Shown: positions 19,387 to 29,778, counted from the first letter of the stretch. The stretch: 64,000 bases of DNA from Anaerohalosphaeraceae bacterium (GCA_050309605.1 JBNRMN010000096.1:21827-85826); one strand, 5' to 3'. Made by a program: numbers and translations. The notes: generated by a model not told the origin, from the letters alone.

Positions 19387-20757
19387 ATGACAATTTTGAT
19401 GCTATTGGCGTTTGCAGCATTTTTGCTGATCATAATCGCCAAGCCCAAATGGGGATCGTTTTTGATCTGGCCAATCTTGTTTTGTTATCCTCACGGCTGG
19501 TGGGCCAGTCGGGGATTTTTGCCGTTGGGGGCCGGTGCGGATGATGTGTTTTGTATTTTTCTGTTCATCGTGGTTTTGCTCCGTCGCAATCTGATGGAAG
19601 GCGTGCCGTTTCGTTTTGGCTATGCGTTCTGGACGATTACGAGTTTTGTGATGATTGCACTGGTGGCGACGTTTTTCGGGTCGCGTCAAGCGCCTTCTTA
19701 TGAACGGATCCTGTATGTCCGCGACATGCTGAAGCTGGTGATTTATTGGTGTTTATTTTATGCGATTATCCACTGTATTGATGATGAATATGACCTGCGG
19801 CGGCAATTGTTTATGTTTTCCGGTGCGGCGGTGGCCGGTGCGGTGCTGGTCATTGCGACGTATTATATGCCGTATCGGCTGGAAGCCTTTCTGGCGCCGG
19901 TTACAGTAGAAAAAGGGATGGCGGATGTCGGCGCTCGTGCGAGCGGGGCGTTTATGAATCCCAATTCCGCTGCCGGAACGCTGGCCTGTGCGGTGGCACT
20001 GATGATTGCGTCGATGAAACTGAGCCGCCACCAATGGACAAAAATTATCAGTTATGGGTCGATTTTTGTCCTCTTTGCCGCTATTATGATGACGCGCAGC
20101 CGATCCGGTTTTTTTGCGTTGGGGATTGTTCTGGTTCTGATGGCGGTTGCAGGTCGATACAAAAAGGTTGGGTGGTCCCTGATTATTGTCGGTGTTGTGG
20201 TGGGGTTTTTCTTTGTCGGCGCGCGGGAACTGTTTCGGGAGCGGTTGGGACAGATTTACGATCCGATGGTGGGGGCCTGGGCACAAAATGTGGAAGGACG
20301 GTTTAGTACATGGAGCAGTTATTTTGAAACCGCCAGTGCTCGAGATTATCTGGTTGGACAAGGCTCAAGACGCGGAATTGTCAAGAATGCAACGGAAAGC
20401 CACAGTGCGTATGTGTCGCTGATTACGGTCTATGGGATAGGGGGCTTGGTATGGGGAGTTGTCATTCTTTTTCTGTTCCTTAGAAAATATACTCTTCTGA
20501 AGGAGTTTCCCGATCCCTTTATCCATGTGATGGCGTCGGGTTGTCTGTGGGCACTGATGATCTGGGGCCTTTACGCGATGACAGCAGATGCGTTGAGTTC
20601 TTATTATCCACGATACGTCTTATTTTTTACGGTGGTTTTGCTGGGCAGGACGTATGCCATCGCCCAACACAAGGTTGCGGCGTATTATGCCGCTGAGGCG
20701 ATGGATGAATCTGTTTATGAAGCAGGGAGGCCGATAGCAGATGTCGTTTCTTCGTAA
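19387..20757 (+). CDS. O-antigen ligase/polymerase (Wzy-like)
   Basis: Polytopic membrane protein with RASGAFMNPN, TRSRSG and HSAY motifs; polysaccharide context. Confidence 0.8.
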   Translation: MTILMLLAFAAFLLIIIAKPKWGSFLIWPILFCYPHGWWASRGFLPLGAGADDVFCIFLFIVVLLRRNLMEGVPFRFGYAFWTITSFVMIALVATFFGSRQAPSYERILYVRDMLKLVIYWCLFYAIIHCIDDEYDLRRQLFMFSGAAVAGAVLVIATYYMPYRLEAFLAPVTVEKGMADVGARASGAFMNPNSAAGTLACAVALMIASMKLSRHQWTKIISYGSIFVLFAAIMMTRSRSGFFALGIVLVLMAVAGRYKKVGWSLIIVGVVVGFFFVGARELFRERLGQIYDPMVGAWAQNVEGRFSTWSSYFETASARDYLVGQGSRRGIVKNATESHSAYVSLITVYGIGGLVWGVVILFLFLRKYTLLKEFPDPFIHVMASGCLWALMIWGLYAMTADALSSYYPRYVLFFTVVLLGRTYAIAQHKVAAYYAAEAMDESVYEAGRPIADVVSS

Positions 20758-22060
20758 GTCGCTGCTGGTGAACAGCTCGGCGTTTGTGGGCATTCTGTTC
20801 GGCATCTTGCAGACGGTTATTGTCACGCGGGTCCTGGGGCCTGAGGGTGTGGGCAGGTACAGTCTTGTCCTGGCGGCCCTGGTTCTGGCGACGCAATTGT
20901 TCTCTTTCGGGCTGCCGCTGTCATATCTGTATTATTGCCAGAAGGATCGGGAGCGTCAGCGGACGTACTTGATGACGACGTTTTGGCTGGTTCTTTTTTC
21001 GGGACTGGTCGGGGGGATGGGACTGTCGTTTGTGATTTATTCGCATCATGGTTATTTCGGGGCGTTTCCGTTTTGGATTTATCTGCTGGTTGCTTTCTAT
21101 ATTCCCGTTTCAATTGAGAGTATGGTCGGGCGGAATGATCTGATGGTGGATCTTGAGGCCCGCCGGCTGAGTGCGATGAATCTGGCGACGCATATCGGGC
21201 ATGTGGTGTTTGTGGTGCTTTTTTATGCGTTCGGCCTGCTGACGGTCAACCAGGCGATTTTGAGTTTTTGTCTGATGGGTGTGATTCGGCTTGCGATGGG
21301 TCTGGTGTGGATGCGCCGGAAGCTGGCGTTCGGTGTCAGGGTGGACCTGAAGACATCGAAAGAGATGCTGCTGATGGGGATTCGGCAGAGCTGGGCGGAT
21401 CTGGCGGTGCTGGTGAACGGCAAGATCAGTCTGCTGGTGATTCGTTATGTGCTGGATGATTTTGAACAGGTGGGGTATTTCAGCCGGGGTCAGCGGATCG
21501 CGCTGCTGGTGATTACGGCCGGTCAGGCGGTTTTGCCGATGCTGTTCAGTCGGTGGGCGGGGATCAGCGCGGAGAAGCTGCCCGAGCATGTCCAGCGTGT
21601 GCTGCGCTTCTGTTTTGCACTGGTGGTGTTGATGGCGGCGGGGCTGCTGATCTTTGGCAAGTGGATATTGGTGATTTTGTACGGGTATGAGTTTTTGCCG
21701 GCACTGCGTCCGATGCTGATTTTGATGCCGGGGACGGGTCTGTATCTGATCAGCCGGGCGTTGATTCAGCTTTTGGGCAGCCGGGGCAGGCCGGAGATTT
21801 CGGCGGGGCTGCTGCTGGTCAGTTCGGGGCTGACGGCGGGGCTGTCGTTTGCGCTGACGCCGATTTGGTCGATTTCCGGGGCGGCTGTGGCGGAGTTGAC
21901 GGGCAATGTGGTGCTTCTGGTGATGCTGCTGCTGGTCATTCGGCGACTGTTTGGTGTGCGCATCAGCAAAAGCCTGCTCATGACGCGCCATGATATGCGG
22001 GTCATCTATCAACAACTGTTTATGAGAAAAAAAACCGCCTCTGTTTCTCCAAAGGAATGA
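20741..22060 (+). CDS. Polysaccharide flippase (Wzx-like)
   Basis: TRVLGPEGVGRYSL, QVGYFS and LYGYEF; about 12 TM segments. Confidence 0.85.
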   Translation: MSFLRKSLLVNSSAFVGILFGILQTVIVTRVLGPEGVGRYSLVLAALVLATQLFSFGLPLSYLYYCQKDRERQRTYLMTTFWLVLFSGLVGGMGLSFVIYSHHGYFGAFPFWIYLLVAFYIPVSIESMVGRNDLMVDLEARRLSAMNLATHIGHVVFVVLFYAFGLLTVNQAILSFCLMGVIRLAMGLVWMRRKLAFGVRVDLKTSKEMLLMGIRQSWADLAVLVNGKISLLVIRYVLDDFEQVGYFSRGQRIALLVITAGQAVLPMLFSRWAGISAEKLPEHVQRVLRFCFALVVLMAAGLLIFGKWILVILYGYEFLPALRPMLILMPGTGLYLISRALIQLLGSRGRPEISAGLLLVSSGLTAGLSFALTPIWSISGAAVAELTGNVVLLVMLLLVIRRLFGVRISKSLLMTRHDMRVIYQQLFMRKKTASVSPKE

Positions 22061-22067
22061 AATTGAT

Positions 22068-23282
22068 ATGCCCACAAAGAAGCGACTTTTATTTTTTGAT
22101 GTGATTACGCATTTCGGGGGCGCTCAGCGGAGTACGGTATTGCTGTGTGAGCGTCTGCGTGCGCATTACGATGTTCATATTCTGGATGCGTACGGTGTGT
22201 GTGAGCGGTATCGTGAGGCGGTGAAGGCGATTGGCGTGCCGTATGAGGTGGTTCTTCCGTCGGCCCGAAACGTTTATATCGGCCACAAGGGCCGTCTATT
22301 TCGGCGGCTGATGAAGGCGGCCGGCCAGATTCCTGAGATGTGGACGCTGAAAACCGCCCTGCGCAAGGCGATCAACCGGCTCGGCCCGGATTTGGTCTGG
22401 ACGAACAGTCCGAAGGCTTTGTTTTTTCTGAAGCTGGCCGGGGTGAGGCGGATTTGTCCGGTGGTGTTTTATGCGCGGGGGTGGTATCGGCGACAGCAGG
22501 TCTCGCCGGTGGGTCGGTGGCTGATTGGTCATGCGACGGACGGGGTGTTTACGGTCTCGGCGGCGACGGGCGAGGCGATGCGAACGTGGATCAGCCGACC
22601 GGAGCTGCTGTATGTGGTGAATAATACGGTCAACATTGAGTCGATTGATGAGGCGGCCGGGCGCCCGATTGACCCCCGGCCGAAGGGATTTGAGCGGGGT
22701 TTGAAAATTCTTGTGCCGGCGCATTTGCTGCCGACCAAGGGGCAGCATACGGCGATTGAGGCGGCGTCGCGATTAAAGGAAAAAGGGATCGATTTTGTGC
22801 TGTGGCTGGCGGGAGATACGGGTACACTGGATAAGAAGAATCTTTATTACGATCAGTTGGTTGAGATGACGGGGCGCTACGGGCTTGAGGATGCGGTAGT
22901 TTTTTTGGGGTATCGGTCGGATGTGGCGGCACTGATGAAGGCGGCGGATATGGTGGTGCTGCCGACGCACAGCGAGGGGCTGCCGCGCGTGGTGCTGGAG
23001 TCGATGCTGCTGAGGACTCCGGTGGTTGCGACGCCGGCTGGAGGGGCGGTGGATTTGATACGGGACGGTCAGACGGGATTTTTGACGCCGTTTGAGGATG
23101 GGGCGGCGCTGGCCGAGCGGATTGAACGGCTGTATCGGGATCGGGAACTTGTCGAGCGGCTGGTCGAGGCGGCGTATCGGCGGGTGATGGAAGAATTTCA
23201 TCCGGATGTTCAGATACCGCTGGTCAGTCGAGCGATTGAGGACGTTATCTCCGTGTATCATAGGAGGTGCGTATGCGGGTGA
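22068..23282 (+). CDS. Glycosyltransferase family 4
   Basis: GGAQRS, KG..., EGLPRVVLES (EX7E). Confidence 0.9.
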   Translation: MPTKKRLLFFDVITHFGGAQRSTVLLCERLRAHYDVHILDAYGVCERYREAVKAIGVPYEVVLPSARNVYIGHKGRLFRRLMKAAGQIPEMWTLKTALRKAINRLGPDLVWTNSPKALFFLKLAGVRRICPVVFYARGWYRRQQVSPVGRWLIGHATDGVFTVSAATGEAMRTWISRPELLYVVNNTVNIESIDEAAGRPIDPRPKGFERGLKILVPAHLLPTKGQHTAIEAASRLKEKGIDFVLWLAGDTGTLDKKNLYYDQLVEMTGRYGLEDAVVFLGYRSDVAALMKAADMVVLPTHSEGLPRVVLESMLLRTPVVATPAGGAVDLIRDGQTGFLTPFEDGAALAERIERLYRDRELVERLVEAAYRRVMEEFHPDVQIPLVSRAIEDVISVYHRRCVCG

Positions 23283-24472
23283 TGATTGCTCTTGAAAATC
23301 GGTTTTATGCGGGTCCGAGCGGTGCGATTTATTCGAACAATGTATTTGATTACCGTGTCTGGCAGCGGTATTTGCAGGTGTTTGATGAGGTGGTTGTTTT
23401 TGCGCGTGTGGGTCAGGTTGATAGGGATCCGGATCAAACGGTATCGAACGGTCCGGGGGTTCGATTTTATCGCTTGCCGATGTATGTCGGACCGCAGCAG
23501 TTCCTGTGGCATTATCGTCGGCTTGCCGCGCTGGCGCGCCACGCCCCGCAGGCGGCAGATGCGTTTATTTTGCGCGTGCCGGGGACGATGAGTCGGCTGT
23601 TATGGGGGATTCTTCGACGCCGGCATATTCCGTTTGGTGTGGAGGTGGTCGGGGATGCGGCCGAGTCGATGAATAACTGCGGTGCCCATGCCCTGGTCAA
23701 GCCGGTACTTAAGAGCCTTTTTTCAGGGATGCAACGGCGGCAGTGTCAAGAGGCAGCGGCGGCGGCATATGTGACGCAGTCGTATTTGCAGGCAAAATAT
23801 CCGCCGGGCGGGTGGTCCACGTATTACAGCAGTATTGAACTTCGCGACGAGGATACTTTGACCGAGGCGGAGCTGGCCGAGAAGATTCGGCGGCTGCGCG
23901 AGGCATTTGAGGGCAAGCGCCGGTTTGTGCTGTGTCATGCCGGGACGATGGCGGCACGGTATAAGGGACAGGAACTATTGATTGAGGCGGCGGCGGTGTG
24001 CCTTAAGCGGGGGCTTGATCTGGAGGTGGTGCTGATGGGGGACGGCAAGTTTCGCAGGCTGTATGAGCAACGGGCCGCGACGCTGGGGATTGCTGATCGC
24101 GTGCGGTTTTTGGGCAATGTGTCGGGTGGCAAGGCGGTTCGGGATGAATACGACAAGGCGGATGTGCTGGTGTTTCCGTCGCTGACGGAGGGACTGCCGC
24201 GGACTGTGATTGAGGCAATGGCGCGGGGGCTGCCGTGCGTGGCTTCTGATGTGGGGGGGGTACCGGAATTGCTTGAAGATGAGTTTCTGGTGCGACCGGG
24301 TGATGTGAACGAATTGGCTGAGCGAATCGAACATGTACTGAGTCAGACTGAAGATATCGGTCGGATTGTTAAAAGGAACTGTGAGAAATCTAAGGAATAC
24401 CAACATAATGTATTGAACCGGCGGCGAATCGAATTCTATGAAAGAGTCAAAACAGTATCCCAACAAGCCTAA
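23273..24472 (+). CDS. Glycosyltransferase family 4
   Basis: YKGQ, PSLTEGLPRTVIEAMA; AGGAGG RBS. Confidence 0.9.
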   Translation: MRVMIALENRFYAGPSGAIYSNNVFDYRVWQRYLQVFDEVVVFARVGQVDRDPDQTVSNGPGVRFYRLPMYVGPQQFLWHYRRLAALARHAPQAADAFILRVPGTMSRLLWGILRRRHIPFGVEVVGDAAESMNNCGAHALVKPVLKSLFSGMQRRQCQEAAAAAYVTQSYLQAKYPPGGWSTYYSSIELRDEDTLTEAELAEKIRRLREAFEGKRRFVLCHAGTMAARYKGQELLIEAAAVCLKRGLDLEVVLMGDGKFRRLYEQRAATLGIADRVRFLGNVSGGKAVRDEYDKADVLVFPSLTEGLPRTVIEAMARGLPCVASDVGGVPELLEDEFLVRPGDVNELAERIEHVLSQTEDIGRIVKRNCEKSKEYQHNVLNRRRIEFYERVKTVSQQA

Positions 24473-25634
24473 GGTGGGTATTGTGATCACGGTGGGTGTT
24501 TCGCTTGATGCGTTGTATCCTGATTTTTATCCGCTTGCGCAGTGTGCAGGGTTTGAGGTGGTTGGGATTTGTGCGGCGGATCGGTTTGTTGCGAATGTGC
24601 GTCGTCAGGGTGTGCGAGTGATTGAGGTTCCGATGACGCGTGCGTTTACGCCGTTTCGGGATGTGGTGTGTTTGTGGTCGCTGTGGCGAATATTTCGGGC
24701 CGAGCGGTTTGATTTGATCCATTACAGCACGCCGAAGGCGTCGGTTCTGGCGGCGATAGCGGGAAGGCTGGCGGGTCGGTCGCGTCTATTATATACGAAT
24801 CGCGGGCTGGCTTATACGGGGGTGACGGGTGTTAAGCGGGCTATCGCCAAGGGGTGTGAGAAGCTTGCGGCGCGACTGGCGGATCGGGTGATTGCGATCA
24901 GTCCGTCGCTGAAAGAGCTGATGGTTCAGGAGGGGCTTCTGGCGGCTGACAAAATCGAGGTGTTCGGGGCCGGCAGCAGCAAGGGGGTGAATTTGCAGAC
25001 GTTTCGGTGTGATGCGGCGGTGCTGGCGCGGGCGCGGGCGATTCGGCAAACGCTGGGCCTGGGCGAGTCGGATGTGGTGTTCGGGTATGCGGGTCGGTTT
25101 ACGGTGGAAAAGGGGATTGTCGAGCTGCTTGAGGCCTTTGAGACGCTGGCCGCGGAGGCGGACAATGTGCATTTGGTATTGATCGGTGAGCAGGACCAGC
25201 GGGTGCCGCTGCCGGGGGACGTTCAGCGGGTCATCGATGAGAATCCGCGTGTGCATCGACTGCCCTATACAGACGATATGCCGGGGCATCTGGCGGCGAT
25301 GGATGTGTTTGTTCTGGCCAGTTATCGGGAGGGTTTCGGCAATGTGCTGATCGAGGCTTCGGCGATGGAACGGGCGGTGATTGGCAGCGCTATTCCGGGG
25401 TGTCGTGATGCGGTCAAGCCGGGCGCAACGGGACTGCTGGTCGAGCCGCGCAGCAGTGCGTCGCTGCTGTCGGCGATGCGAACGCTGGCGGCGGATAAGC
25501 CGATGCGGCTTGAGATGGGCAAGAACGGCCGGGCGTGGGCGGAAGCGGAATTTGACCGGGAAAAAATCTGGAATTGGCTGCTGGGCGTGTACGGGACGCT
25601 GATTCGCGGCAGCGGCAAGGATGCCAGCGTGTGA
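24438..25634 (+). CDS. Glycosyltransferase family 4 (CapM-like)
   Basis: STPKAS, GSSKGV, EKGI and SYREGFGNVLIEA. Confidence 0.9.
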   Translation: MKESKQYPNKPKVGIVITVGVSLDALYPDFYPLAQCAGFEVVGICAADRFVANVRRQGVRVIEVPMTRAFTPFRDVVCLWSLWRIFRAERFDLIHYSTPKASVLAAIAGRLAGRSRLLYTNRGLAYTGVTGVKRAIAKGCEKLAARLADRVIAISPSLKELMVQEGLLAADKIEVFGAGSSKGVNLQTFRCDAAVLARARAIRQTLGLGESDVVFGYAGRFTVEKGIVELLEAFETLAAEADNVHLVLIGEQDQRVPLPGDVQRVIDENPRVHRLPYTDDMPGHLAAMDVFVLASYREGFGNVLIEASAMERAVIGSAIPGCRDAVKPGATGLLVEPRSSASLLSAMRTLAADKPMRLEMGKNGRAWAEAEFDREKIWNWLLGVYGTLIRGSGKDASV

Positions 25635-25704
25635 AGAAGGGACAGCAGGCGTGGGATGGGGGCAATCGATTGATTTGCCGTTGCGGCGGAATGAGAGGAT
25701 TATT

Positions 25705-26343
25705 ATGGACTGTTTGGACCGCGTTGTTTATGTGATTAAACAGAAGATTCCGTTTGTTTATACGCTGCTGGAGAAGGTGTCCAGTGGTCTGACGTCGTTT
25801 CTTTATCGGGGCGGCATACAGCGGGCGATGGACGCCGGAACGCTGACGGGGACGGTCGAAGGGAAAAAGGCCGTGATACGCTGTTTAAGCGTTGCGGATA
25901 TGGAACCGTTGACCGAGATGCTTGAGCGTCAGCCTGAAGACCATCTGACCTATTTTCATCCGCATGGTTTTGATCGAGATACGCTGTGTCGAGTTTTGCG
26001 GCGTCGCTCTGTGATGACCTATGGTTTATTCGTGGATGATCGACTGTGTGCTTATGCGCTGCTGAAACTGTTTCCGACCCGCAAGGCGTATTTGGGACGG
26101 CTGGTATCGCCGGAGCTGGCGGGCAAAGGGCTGGGCAAGTTTTTGTCGCGGTATCTCTACTGGCAGGCGTATCTGCTGGGGTTTCAGCCCTGCTCGACCA
26201 TTAACAAGAACAATCTGGCGTCGCTGAAATCGCACGAGGCGGTCAGGCCGTTTCATGTTGTCTCGACGCTGTCGAATGATTTTTTACTGATTCGATTTGA
26301 ACTGACAGAGTCCGACACAAGTGCTCCTTTGCTTGATCTTTGA
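25705..26343 (+). CDS. GNAT-family N-acyltransferase
   Basis: LVSPELAGKGLGK acyl-CoA-binding motif, N.ASL; GAGGA RBS. Confidence 0.75.
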   Translation: MDCLDRVVYVIKQKIPFVYTLLEKVSSGLTSFLYRGGIQRAMDAGTLTGTVEGKKAVIRCLSVADMEPLTEMLERQPEDHLTYFHPHGFDRDTLCRVLRRRSVMTYGLFVDDRLCAYALLKLFPTRKAYLGRLVSPELAGKGLGKFLSRYLYWQAYLLGFQPCSTINKNNLASLKSHEAVRPFHVVSTLSNDFLLIRFELTESDTSAPLLDL

Positions 26344-26430
26344 TGGTGTGTTCGGATTGCTTCGTCGAAGAGTCGGCGGCGATTCAGGCCGAGAACAATC
26401 GAATGAACGGCGTGTCAATTATATTCAGAT

Positions 26431-26616
26431 ATGATTGTGGAGAAACAAACTGAAACGATAAAGCCGTTAGATATATCCTGTGCCCAAACCGTTGCCAGGC
26501 TGCATATTGAAGGGATTGCGACGGGGTTTATCAGTTCACTGGGGGGCGTATGTTGCGGCCTTGCACGAGGCAGTTCGCGAGAGCTTGTGTCGGGTTTAAG
26601 TGTTTGGAGAATATAA
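26431..26616 (+). pseudogene. Probable truncated GNAT acetyltransferase (N-terminal remnant)
   Basis: IKPLDISCAQTVARLHIEGIATGFISSLG resembles the start of polysaccharide-locus GNATs; the ORF then degenerates and stops at 61 aa. Confidence 0.45.
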
Positions 26617-27446
26617 TGAAATTTGTGATTTTGACCAATGACAATTTTTTTTCATTTACGGTTCTTAAAGAGTTTCTCGATCACTATAAAGACAATATTC
26701 AACTGATTGTGTTTTCATCTGCCCTGATTGGCAAGCGAGGAACCGTTGAATCCATAAAGTGGTCACTGAAACACACCGGTTTCAGACATACTGTTTTCAA
26801 GCTGTCGGTGTATGGTATTTTTCGTCTTCTGCGCTGTTTTGCGACGATATTCCCATTTATTCCGAACCATTATTCCTCTTTGCTCTGGACCCGGAAAAAC
26901 CGCCTGAACTTTTTTGTCACAAATAATGTAAACTCGGACGAAACGTTTGAAAAAATCAAACAGGCCGAACCGGATCTTCTGATTTCGGTCAGTATGAATC
27001 AGATTGTCAAACGCAGGATACTTGAGTTGCCGTCTAAAGGCAGTGTCAATGTGCATTGCGCGCCGCTGCCCAAATATGCAGGGATGAGTCCGTATGTGTG
27101 GGCGCTGGCGAACAACGAGCCGTATTCGGCCGCAACAATTCATTTTATGGAAGAGGGGTTGGATGAGGGCGACATTATTATTCAGGAAAACGTGCCGATC
27201 CAGAAGAATGACTCAGCGTTTGCATTGTTTTATCGTTGCTGCAAGACTGCCGCAGACCAATTGATGCGCGTTGCTAATGACTTTGAAAACGACGATGTTT
27301 CGGCGGTACCACAGGACCTTTCTCAAAAAACATATTTTTCATGGCCGAATAAAGACAGTATAAGGCATCTGAGAGCCAATGGATTCAGACTGGCAACTGT
27401 AAACGACCTTTGGTTGGCTATCGTCAAGCAAGAAACGCGACTATAA
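26616..27446 (+). CDS. Formyltransferase-family protein (sugar N-formyltransferase-like)
   Basis: PDLLIS, NVHCAPLPKYAG, TIHFMEEGLDEGDII; visibly AT-richer than neighbours. Confidence 0.85.
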   Translation: MKFVILTNDNFFSFTVLKEFLDHYKDNIQLIVFSSALIGKRGTVESIKWSLKHTGFRHTVFKLSVYGIFRLLRCFATIFPFIPNHYSSLLWTRKNRLNFFVTNNVNSDETFEKIKQAEPDLLISVSMNQIVKRRILELPSKGSVNVHCAPLPKYAGMSPYVWALANNEPYSAATIHFMEEGLDEGDIIIQENVPIQKNDSAFALFYRCCKTAADQLMRVANDFENDDVSAVPQDLSQKTYFSWPNKDSIRHLRANGFRLATVNDLWLAIVKQETRL

Positions 27447-27511
27447 ACGAAAACTGTACAGCGAAGTGCATACTCTTTTATCATTAATCCAAAACACTTT
27501 AAGGTGAAACG

Positions 27512-28555
27512 ATGTCATCATCCAAAAGTAAACCGTTTTTGTTTTTCTTTCTGGCGATCATTGCGGTGAGTATTTTTATGTTTTTGGTGGAATGGTGGAA
27601 AAGTCGGACGCCGCGTCTGGCTGTTGCGGGCAATGCGGGGATTGGGTCTCTGTTTAATGTGGACGGTCGTCTGACGGCGGTGTATCAGGATGGTCGGACG
27701 TGTGTGTGGGCCTGGGATGCGCCGGCGGTGAAACAGTCCGACTTTCGGGTCGGCTCGGGTCGGGCGGTGGGACTGGAGGGGACCGAGTTGGCGGCGGTGG
27801 TTCGGACGAGCGACCGTGTTTTGCTGTCGGTTTTTGACATCGAACAAGGCCGTCGGGTTCGCGATCTGACGGCCGGGTGGGATGAGCAGGATATTTACCT
27901 TCGCACTTCGCATCGCCGGCAGGCGCTGACGCTGATCCGCCGCAATCCGGAAGAGGACGGACAGGTGGACTATGAGTTTGTGCCGGTGGATCTGGCTGCG
28001 GAGGTGCTTCGTCCGGCGGTGGTGCGGCGGCTGGAAGCCGGCCGGCAGACGCTGCGCGATTTTGCGGTGTCTGATGAGGGGGTGCTGTACGCGGCCGGGG
28101 CCGACGGCGGACAGGCCCGGCTGATTGCGGTGGATTTGAATACCGGCCGGACGTTGTGGGATCAGGTCTGGGACGATGCGGAGGAGTTGACGACGACGGT
28201 GTTGTCGATGGATGAGCAGACGGTCTGGGCCGGCGACCGGGCGGGCAGTCTGCTGAAGATCGCGACCGAGGACGGGCGGCGGCTGGATAAGGTGTCGCTG
28301 CTGCGGCCCGGCGAGACGCGGCCGACGACCAATGATTTTTCGGTGCTGAATCTGGCGGCCAGTCCGGACGGGCGGCTGCTGGGCTGTACGATTGCGCCGG
28401 TGGCGTATGCGGTGGACGCCGAGAGCGGGCAGGTGGTCCGGCGGTTCGGCGGGCATAAGGTGGTCTCGAAGGTGGTGTTTTCGCCGGACAGCCGCCGACT
28501 GGCGACGTCCGATCTTCGCGCCGACGGGGTGATTATCCTTTATACGCTGAAGTAG
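27512..28555 (+). CDS. Membrane-anchored WD40/PQQ-like beta-propeller protein
   Basis: N-terminal TM helix; LAASPDGRLL and GHKVVSKVVFSPDSRRLAT blades. Confidence 0.75.
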   Translation: MSSSKSKPFLFFFLAIIAVSIFMFLVEWWKSRTPRLAVAGNAGIGSLFNVDGRLTAVYQDGRTCVWAWDAPAVKQSDFRVGSGRAVGLEGTELAAVVRTSDRVLLSVFDIEQGRRVRDLTAGWDEQDIYLRTSHRRQALTLIRRNPEEDGQVDYEFVPVDLAAEVLRPAVVRRLEAGRQTLRDFAVSDEGVLYAAGADGGQARLIAVDLNTGRTLWDQVWDDAEELTTTVLSMDEQTVWAGDRAGSLLKIATEDGRRLDKVSLLRPGETRPTTNDFSVLNLAASPDGRLLGCTIAPVAYAVDAESGQVVRRFGGHKVVSKVVFSPDSRRLATSDLRADGVIILYTLK

Positions 28556-28603
28556 GCTTGCCAAATTAAACATACGCCAAGCAATGGCTGACGAAAGCTT
28601 AAG

Positions 28604-28653
28604 GATCGTAAAGAAATAAAATGACTGATTTACGAATCATTGAACCACGAAAG
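28604..28653 (+). repeat. 50-bp intergenic repeat, copy 1
   Basis: GATCGTAAAGAAATAAAATGACTGATTTACGAATCATTGAACCACGAAAG; 45/50 identical to 45046-45095. Confidence 0.85.
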
Positions 28654-28654
28654 A

Positions 28655-28713
28655 TAGTTTTAAGTTTTGAGTTATGAGTTTTGAGTTGAACTGCGAACTA
28701 CGAACTACGAACT
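28655..28713. repeat. Inverted heptamer arrays (NAGTTNN x5 / AACTNCG x3-4) with no gene between
   Basis: TAGTTTT AAGTTTT GAGTTAT GAGTTTT GAGTTG AACTGCG AACTACG AACTACG AACT. Confidence 0.85.
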
Positions 28714-28767
28714 TTTCCTCTGTGTTCTCTTTGCAGCAATCAAGAGAAAGGCGGGATTTGACTTTTG

Positions 28768-29385
28768 ATGACGGTTGGTGCAGTTGTCAAGCGGGTATTT
28801 GATTTTTCGGCGGCGCTGGCGGCGCTGGTTGTGTTGTCGCCGTTGATGCTGATAGTGGCGCTGCTGGTGCGCATCAAACTGGGATCGCCGGTGTTGTTCC
28901 GGCAGGAGCGCCCCGGGCTGGATTGCCGGATTTTTACGATGTATAAATTTCGGACGATGACGGCGCGGACGCATGACGAGCAGGGCCGTCTTCTGCCGGA
29001 TGAGCAGCGGCTGACGAATTTCGGGCGTCGGCTGCGGGCGACGAGTCTGGACGAGCTGCCGGAATTGCTGAATGTGCTCAAGGGGGAGATGAGTCTGGTC
29101 GGGCCGCGGCCGCTGATGGTCAAATATCTGGAGCGGTACACGCCGGAGCAGAATCGCCGCCATGAGGTCAAGCCGGGACTGACCGGCTGGGCGCAGATTC
29201 ACGGACGCAATAATTTGACCTGGGAGCAGAAGTTTGCGTATGATGTATGGTATGTTGATCACCGGTCGTTTTGGCTGGATGTGAAGATTCTGGCGATCAC
29301 CGCCTGGCATGTGATTGCCCGCAAGGACGTCGCTCAAGAGGGCCATGCGACGGTGGATGAGTTTATGGGAAATGGGCGGATTTAG
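28768..29385 (+). CDS. Priming phosphoglycosyl transferase (Bac_transf; PglC/EpsL-like)
   Basis: KRVFD, FRQERPG, YKFRTM, SLDELP, GPRP and PGLTGWAQ. Confidence 0.93.
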   Translation: MTVGAVVKRVFDFSAALAALVVLSPLMLIVALLVRIKLGSPVLFRQERPGLDCRIFTMYKFRTMTARTHDEQGRLLPDEQRLTNFGRRLRATSLDELPELLNVLKGEMSLVGPRPLMVKYLERYTPEQNRRHEVKPGLTGWAQIHGRNNLTWEQKFAYDVWYVDHRSFWLDVKILAITAWHVIARKDVAQEGHATVDEFMGNGRI

Positions 29386-29407
29386 AATTTAGAATTTAAA
29401 ATTGTGA

Positions 29408-29778
29408 ATGGAAAAGGGTAAGATTTATAATATTCAGGAACGTACGTTTGAGATTTCATGCAGGATTTTAAGACTTTATCGGTATATGCTCAATCAAAGC
29501 CAGACAAATGATGTTTCTGTCGCCAGCTTGTCAGAGCTGGTACCTCTATCGGAGCCAATCTTGAAGAGGCGACTGCCGCGCAGAGTCGAGCAGATTTTAT
29601 TTCAAAGTGTAACATCGCATTAAAAGAGGCACGAGAAACACATTACTGGCTTCGTCTTTTTCGAGAAACAGAGATGCTGCCTGTATCATGTATTGAAAAT
29701 CTGATCGAAGAATCGAACGAGATATTGTCTGTTCTGACGGCGATTGTTAAAAACACCCGCATCAATTCGAAAACATAA
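29408..29778 (+). pseudogene. Four-helix-bundle protein (23S rRNA IVP/TIGR02436-like), frameshifted near 29512-29520
   Basis: First frame IQERTFEISCRILRLY; second frame from 29521 RQLVRAGTSIGANLEEA..AQSRADFISKCNIALKEARETHYWLRL to TAA at 29778. Confidence 0.88.

Noticed and set aside
17712..24260. G8 tracts near 17712 and 24253 as phase-variation switches
   Set aside because: The tracts are short and in frame, within a G-rich region; nothing in the sequence shows variation
28604..28713. CRISPR array
   Set aside because: The repeats are 7-mers or a two-copy 50-mer without regular spacers, and no cas genes are present
29408..29778. Diversity-generating retroelement suggested by the Avd-like four-helix bundle
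   Set aside because: No reverse transcriptase or template/variable repeat pair was seen in the window
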